This document shows positions 57,741-64,000 of a DNA stretch of 64,000 nt, in pieces. Made by a program: the position numbers and the translations under genes. The notes beneath the pieces are model-generated. The model did not search any database. It was not told where the DNA came from and was given only the letters and a program-made list of their open reading frames with translations. The stretch's first letter is position 1; each line of letters starts with the position of its first letter. The DNA lies in assembly GCF_009914755.1 (NCBI RefSeq), contig NC_060926.1; one strand, written 5' to 3'. Origin of the DNA: the human T2T-CHM13v2.0 reference genome, Homo sapiens.

Positions 57741-58479
57741 CTTCCTGAGAGCCAGTCCTACGTAGAAGATTTAAGACACAGATCTTTCACTCAGAGTTGA
57801 AAATTTCCAACTGATTGTTGGTCACTTAAAGGATGACTAATAACATATGTTGTCTTAATGTTAGAACAATATCTTATGGGGATAAACACTTCTTGGGAGG
57901 TGGAGACCAGAGAAAACCGCAGGAGGATCATGAAAGGTTGAGATGGACGAAGAAGAAAACTCAGGGTTAAGGCTTTTTTGTGTTGTTTTGTTTAATTCAC
58001 ATATGGTGAAACAAGAATGAGATTTATCTAGTCTCCCTAAAGAGGTTATCCCAGGCTAGGCCAGAGCAACAGTTGATTAGCTTTACCCAACTAAGAAAAG
58101 GGTGGAGGCACAGAGACATCATATGGGTTGCCTATTGCAGAGATTTTGAGTTTCAGGTTGGCTGAGAATATTAAAGCACTGGGGGATTAGGAGTGTTGGC
58201 CTCTGGATATGTAAGAATTGCTCTTTGGTGACAGTGCCTTAGGCCATCTGTCTGAACAGCACTTCTTAAGATCTCAAACTCCTCTTGTTCTTTTTCTGTG
58301 TTTTGCAAGCAACCTCCTGTGTAGATTTTTCTGCAGGAGGAGTAACTCTCATTCATGTCAAAGCAAATAGTCTGGACTTTGTGACTGCTCTGTCATGATT
58401 AATCAATTGACAGCCTGGCTTACAGGTCTGGCTGTGGCACTCAGCTAATGCCAGCCTACCTCTTGAAGAAAGGTAAAGA

Positions 58480-59010
58480 CTAGGTGTGTTGGGCTGGGGA
58501 AGAGACTGAGGGAATGGAGCAAAGGAAGTAAATGAAACGGATATTTCCAATGCAGAACTTTGAGGTTTGATGCCTGGGATAAAGGGGGGTTGAAGGCGAA
58601 GGAAGACTCAAGGACCTGGGACATTGAGTGAATAATAGTGTCCTTGACAGAGATGGAAGGAAGAAACAGTGGATTCCTGGGAGAAAGATAATATGTTTTG
58701 TTTGTTTTTGGATTTTGAGCCTCAGGTGCCGACGTTTGGGTGTCCAAATGACATTGGGTGTCCAGGGATATAGAGATGGTTAGAGGCAGTGATTGCCCAG
58801 CATACAGGGAGTGGGTGAGTTCACCTAGCAGGAGCACGTGGTGTGAAAAGAAGGCTGAGGATGGAACCCCAGGTGTCACTGGCATTGACAGACCAAGGGT
58901 GGTCTGTGCACAAGGCAAGAGAAGCAGAGGGTTGGGACAGAAAGGGAATGAGCACAGCAGCAGTGATTCAAACAAGGTGGAATGGCCAGTTGTGTCAAAT
59001 ATTGCAGGAT
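58480..59010 (-). mobile_element. L2 fragment
   Basis: gaaggaagactcaaggacc...gtgtcaaatattgcag; purine-rich reverse L2. Confidence 0.6.
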
Positions 59011-59717
59011 CAAGATACAAGACTTAATTAATATAGGACTTGGACTCAAAATATAAGAGTTCAAGAGAACTTAACGGTCTGATTGTTTCTCCAGAAGAGA
59101 CACTTAAACTTGCCCAGGATCACCCTGTGAGTATCATAGGTGTAAACACTGTTGCTACAGTGTTTCCTGCTTGGCAACCTCATGATCTCATGTTCACCCA
59201 TTGTTTCATGCTGCTCATTTTCTAAGTATAGCTTTACAGTCAATATGTAATACCATGTAATAGTGGCTAGGACCAGAAATCATGATGCTCGGTTCAAGTG
59301 GGCAGCTCAGTCTCACTGTCTTCCCATGCTCTTAGTGAAAAAAGGGCCCTTGTTATTTAGAACATGAGGTGCTGCAGTATGAATATAGCTGATGTGTGAG
59401 CAACTCACAACTCTTGCAATCAGCATGCAGCTCATATGGCATCAGCCAGTCAGCTAAGAACTTCATTGTGTGCATTGTAATGGGGTTGGATTTTGTGAAA
59501 TGGCTTATTTTCTTATGCAGGAGTGCAAGTTCACTGGCATTTATTGGAAAAATGTAAGCATTGACAGATTGTTAGGCTGATTATGGCCCCTTCACTGAGT
59601 GAGGAAGGAACAAGAGCATCTTCTCAAATAGAAAATACAAATTATTGGTCAGAAGTCTGTGCAACTACATTTGTTTTCAATTGGATGGGAGATCCTTGAC
59701 ATACATGGATTTAACTT

Positions 59718-59825
59718 TCATACATATGTGCATACAAACATATGTGTATACACATATTTTCATAATATACATATGCATATGTGTGAACATATACACATGT
59801 ATAAACATCTGTGTCTACACATACT
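59718..59825. repeat. Low-complexity (CATA/TATG)-type purine-pyrimidine repeat
   Basis: Directly visible. Confidence 0.8.
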
Positions 59826-60747
59826 TGTATTTTCTTTACAAACAACTTAAAACTCCAGGAGATGAGGCATGATTTTAAATGTCTGCATTGTGTGACTGGT
59901 ATGTCAGGGCAATTGAAAGAGCCCAGCTGGCTTTCACAGCTGGGAGGCTGGTAGCCTGGGGCAAGTTCTCAGCCCTGCTTGCCCACTGCCTGGAAACAAA
60001 CTTGGTGCTGTTGTGGGGTGCATGGTGGGAGTGACAGTGGCCTTTTGGGTTGTGTGGAAGCTGGGTGATGCCTGTAATTGCTGGCTTTCCCCCACTTCCC
60101 TGACCAACCTGCATGACACAGCAGAGGCAGCCATAATCTTCCTGGGAACATAACTCCATTGGCCTGGGAACCACACCCCCATCCCCCATAGCAGCTGCAG
60201 CAACTCCTGCCCAAGGAGAGTCAGAGCTCAGACGTGCCTAGCCTTGCCCCAACCTGATGGTCCTTCCTGGCTCACTCTAGTAGCTGAAGACAAGAGGCAT
60301 ATACTCTTGGGAGTTCTAGGTCCCCATCCACTGCCTGATGCTCCCTATATTACCACAGCTGATGCTCTCTTCAAAGCGCCACCTCCTGGTAGGAGGCCAA
60401 TCAGCACAAAATAGTTCATTAAACAACCAAAACTTAAGGAACCTCACAGAGTCCATTTCACCCCCCCTGCCACCTCCTCTGGAGCTGGTACCCATAGCTG
60501 AGAAATCTGCAGATGGTTCACATCACAGGACCCAGTGTAGACAACCCCCAGCACCAGCCCAGAGCCTGGTAGACCTGCTGGGTGGCTAGATCCACAAGAG
60601 AGATGACAGTCACTACAACTTGGCTCTCAGGAAGCCACATCCCTAGGAAAAGAGGGAGAGTACTACATCAAGGGAACACCTCATGGGACAAAGAATCTGA
60701 ACAGCAGCCTTGAACCCCACATCTTCCCCCTGACATAGCCCACTCAA

Positions 60748-61767
60748 ATGAGAAGGAACCAGAAAAACAATTCTGGAAATATGACAAAACAAGTTTCTTT
60801 AACGCCCCCGAAAAATCACACCAGCTCACCAGCAATGGATCCAAACCAAGAAGAAATCCCTGATTGACCTGAAAAAGAATCCAGAAAGTCAGTAATTAAG
60901 CTAATCAAGGAGGCACCAGAGAAAGGTGAAGTCCAATTTAACGAAATAAAAAAAAAATGATAGAAGAAATGAGGGAAGAAATCTTTAGTGAAATAGACAG
61001 CATAAATAAAATACAATAAAAACTTTAGGAAATACTGGATGCACGAAAGAAATGCAAAATGCTCTGGAAAGTCTCAGCAATAGAGTCGAACAAGCAGAAA
61101 AAAGAGTGTCAGAGCTTGAAGACAGGTTTTTGAATTAACACAGTCCAACAAAGACAAAGAAAAAAGACTAAGAAAAAATGAGCAAAGCCTCCCAGAAATC
61201 TGGGATTACATTAAATGACCAAACCTAAGAATAATCGGTGTTCCTGAGGAAGAAGAGAAATCTAAAAGTTTGGAAAACATATTGGGGAGAATAATCGAGG
61301 AAAACTTCCTTGGCCTTGCTAGAGCCGTAGACATCCAAATACAAGACACACAAAGAACATCTGGGAAATTCATCACAAAAAGATCATCGCCTAGGCACAC
61401 TGTCATCAGGTAGTCTAAAGTTAAGACGAGGGAAAGAATCTTAAGAGCTGTGAGGCAAAAGCACCAGGTAACCTATAAAGGAAAACCTATCAGATTTACG
61501 GCAGATTTCTCAGCAGAAATCCTACAAGCTAGAAGGGATTGGAGACCTATCTTCAGCTTCCTCAAACAAAACAATTATCAGCCGAAAGTTTTGTATCCAG
61601 TGAAACTAAGCTTCACAAATGAAGGAAAGATACAGTCTTTTTCGGTCAAACAAATCCTGAGAGAATTTGCCATTACCAAGCCAGCACTTCAGGAACTGCT
61701 AAAAGGAGCTCTAAATTTTGAAACAAATTCTGGAAACACATCAAAACAGAACCTCTTTAAAGCATAA
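60748..61767 (+). pseudogene. Disrupted L1 ORF1
   Basis: ORF fragment ...QVTYKGKPIRFTADFSAEILQARRDW...PALQELLKGAL is the ORF1p C-terminal domain; upstream stops and frameshifts. Confidence 0.88.
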
Positions 61768-61848
61768 ATCTCACAGGATCTATAAAACAAAAATACAATT
61801 TAGGAAAAAAAAATAAAAATCCAAGGTATACAGGCAATAAATAGCATA

Positions 61849-64000
61849 ATGAATGCAATAGTACCTCACATCTCAATACTAACATTGAATGTAAATGGCC
61901 TAAGTGCTCCACTTAAAAGATACGGAATGGCAGAATGGAGAAGAATTCACCAACCAACTATTGCTGCCTTCAAGAGACTTACCTAATACATAAGGACTCA
62001 CATAAACTTAAGGTAAAGGAGTGGAAAAAGACTTTCCATGCAAATGGACACCAAAAGCGAGCAGGAGTAGCTATTCTTATATTAGACAAAACAAACTTTA
62101 AAGCAACAGCAGTTAAAAAAGACAAAGAGGAACATTATATAATGATAAAAGGCCTTGTCCAACAGGAAAATGTCACAATTCTAAATATTTATGCACCTTA
62201 CACTGGAGCTCCCAAATTTATAAACAGTTACTACTAGACCTAAGAAACGAGATAGATGGCAACACAGTAATAGTGGGGACTTCAGTACTTCACTGACAGC
62301 ATTAGACAGGTCATCAAGACAGAAAGTCAACAAAGAAACAATGTATTTTTACTATACCCTGGAACAAATGGACTTAATAGATATTTACACAACATGCTAC
62401 CCAACAACCACAGAATATGCATTTGATTCATCAGCACATGGAACCTTCTCCAAGACAGACCATATGATAGGCCACAAAAGTCTCAATAAATTTAAGGAAA
62501 TTGAAATTATATCAAACATTCTCTGAGACCACAGCAGAATAAAAGTGGAAATCAACTCCAAAAGGAACCTTCAAAACCATGCAAATACATGGATATTAAA
62601 TAACCTGCTCCTGAATGATCATTGGGTCAGAAATGAAATCAAGACGGAAATTTAAAAATTCTTCAAACTGAATGACAATAGTGGCTCAACCTGTCAAAAC
62701 CTCTGGGATACAGCAAAGGTGGTGCTAAGAGGAAGGTTCATAGCCCTAAATGCCTACATCAAAAAGTCTGAAAGAGCACACACGGACATTCTGAGATCAC
62801 ACTTCAAGGAACTGGAGTAGCAAGAACAAACCAAACCCAAACCCAGCAGAAGAAAGGAAATAACCAGAATCAGAGCAGAACTAAATGAAATTGAAACAAA
62901 AAAAATTGCAAAAGATAAATGAAATAAAATGTTGGTTATTTGGAAAGATAAAGAAAATTAATAGACCATTAGCAAGATTAACCAAGAAAGGAAGAGAGAA
63001 AATCCAAATAAGTTCAATTAGAAATGAAACAGGAGGTATTACAACTGACACTACAGAAATACAAAAGATCATTCAAGGCTACTATAAACACCTCTACACC
63101 CGTAAACCAGAAAACCTAGAGGAGATAGATAAATTCCTGGAAAGATACAACCCTCCTAGCTTAAATCAGGAAGAATTAGACACCCTGAACGGACCAATAA
63201 CAAGCAGTGAGATTCAAATGGTAATTAAAAGCTTAGCAACAAAAAAAAGTCCAAGACCAGATGGATTCACAGCTGAATTCTACCAGACATTCAAAGTACG
63301 ATTGGTACCAATCCTATTGACTCTATTCCACAAGATAGAGAAAGAAGGAATTCTCCCTAAATCATTCTGTGAAGCCAGTGTCACCCTAATACCAAAACCA
63401 AGAAAGGACATAACCAAAAAAGAAAACTACAGACCAATATCCCTGATGAACATACATGCAAAAATCCTTAACAAAGTACTAGCTAACCAAATCCAACAAC
63501 ATGTCAAAAAGATAATCCAGCATAATCAAGTGAGTTTCATACCAGGGATACAGGAGTGGTTTAACATACATCAGTCAATAAATGTGATACAACACATAAA
63601 CAGAATAAAAACAAAAATCACACGATCATCTCAATAGACCAAGAAAAAGCATTTGACAAAATCCAGCATGGCTTTATGTTTAAAACCCTTAGCAAAATTG
63701 GCATTCAGCAGACATACCTGAATGTAAGAAAAGCCATCTATGATAAACCCAGAGCCAAAATAATACTGAATGGGGAAAAGTTGAAAGCATTCCCTCTGAA
63801 AACAGGAACAAGGCAAGGATGCCCACTTTCACCACTTCTCTTCAACATAGTACTGGAATCCAAGCCAGAGCCATCAGACAAGAGAAAGAAATAAAAGGCA
63901 TCCAAATCAGTCACAAGGAAGTCAAACTGTGGCTGTTTGCTGATGATATGATTATATACCTGGAAAACCCTAAAGACTCCTCCAAAAAGCTCCTAGAACT
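61849..64000 (+). pseudogene. Disrupted L1 ORF2 (endonuclease and reverse transcriptase)
   Basis: Fragments [58 protein letters not shown] are spread over several frames. Confidence 0.92.

Larger units (their letters stand above)
59910..64000 (+). mobile_element. Long L1 (L1PB/L1PBa-like): partial 5' UTR, dead ORF1 and dead ORF2, running off the window
   Basis: 5' UTR-like GC-richer segment followed by ORF1- and ORF2-homologous sequence. Confidence 0.92.

Noticed and set aside
58445-59020. 191-aa minus-strand ORF
   Set aside because: Overlaps a decayed L2; non-ATG start, no motif; chance open frame.
62885-63637. 250-aa ORF as an active reverse transcriptase gene
   Set aside because: Fragment of L1 ORF2 flanked by stops and frameshifts; the element is not intact.

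Overview
Primate (human or great-ape-like) genomic DNA, not prokaryotic: AT-rich, CpG-depleted and dense in Alu, L1, L2, MIR, MaLR/ERV LTRs and DNA-transposon fossils. The only host coding sequence I can support is one 131-nt + strand exon (6688-6818, AG/GT-bounded) encoding [43 protein letters not shown](M). I recognise this as the homeodomain-like segment of ceramide synthase 6 (CERS6, probably exon 3); the ORF track misses it. The rest of the window is the end of the upstream intron and >57 kb of the downstream intron. Apart from L1 ORF1/ORF2 remnants (60748-64000), the listed ORFs look like chance or repeat-derived frames. I found no evidence for a new biological system. The best leads are a perfect extended estrogen response element at 28192-28212; a sense-oriented complete MST provirus nested in a MER58 element, carrying a U6 retrocopy, a fold-back inversion and a candidate terminal exon; a ~147-bp dispersed local duplication carrying consensus splice donors; a half-deleted LTR13-like LTR next to the exon; and a FOXA/HNF4/ONECUT motif cluster. 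Repeat subfamily names were assigned by eye from memory of consensus sequences, and boundaries of old repeats are approximate.
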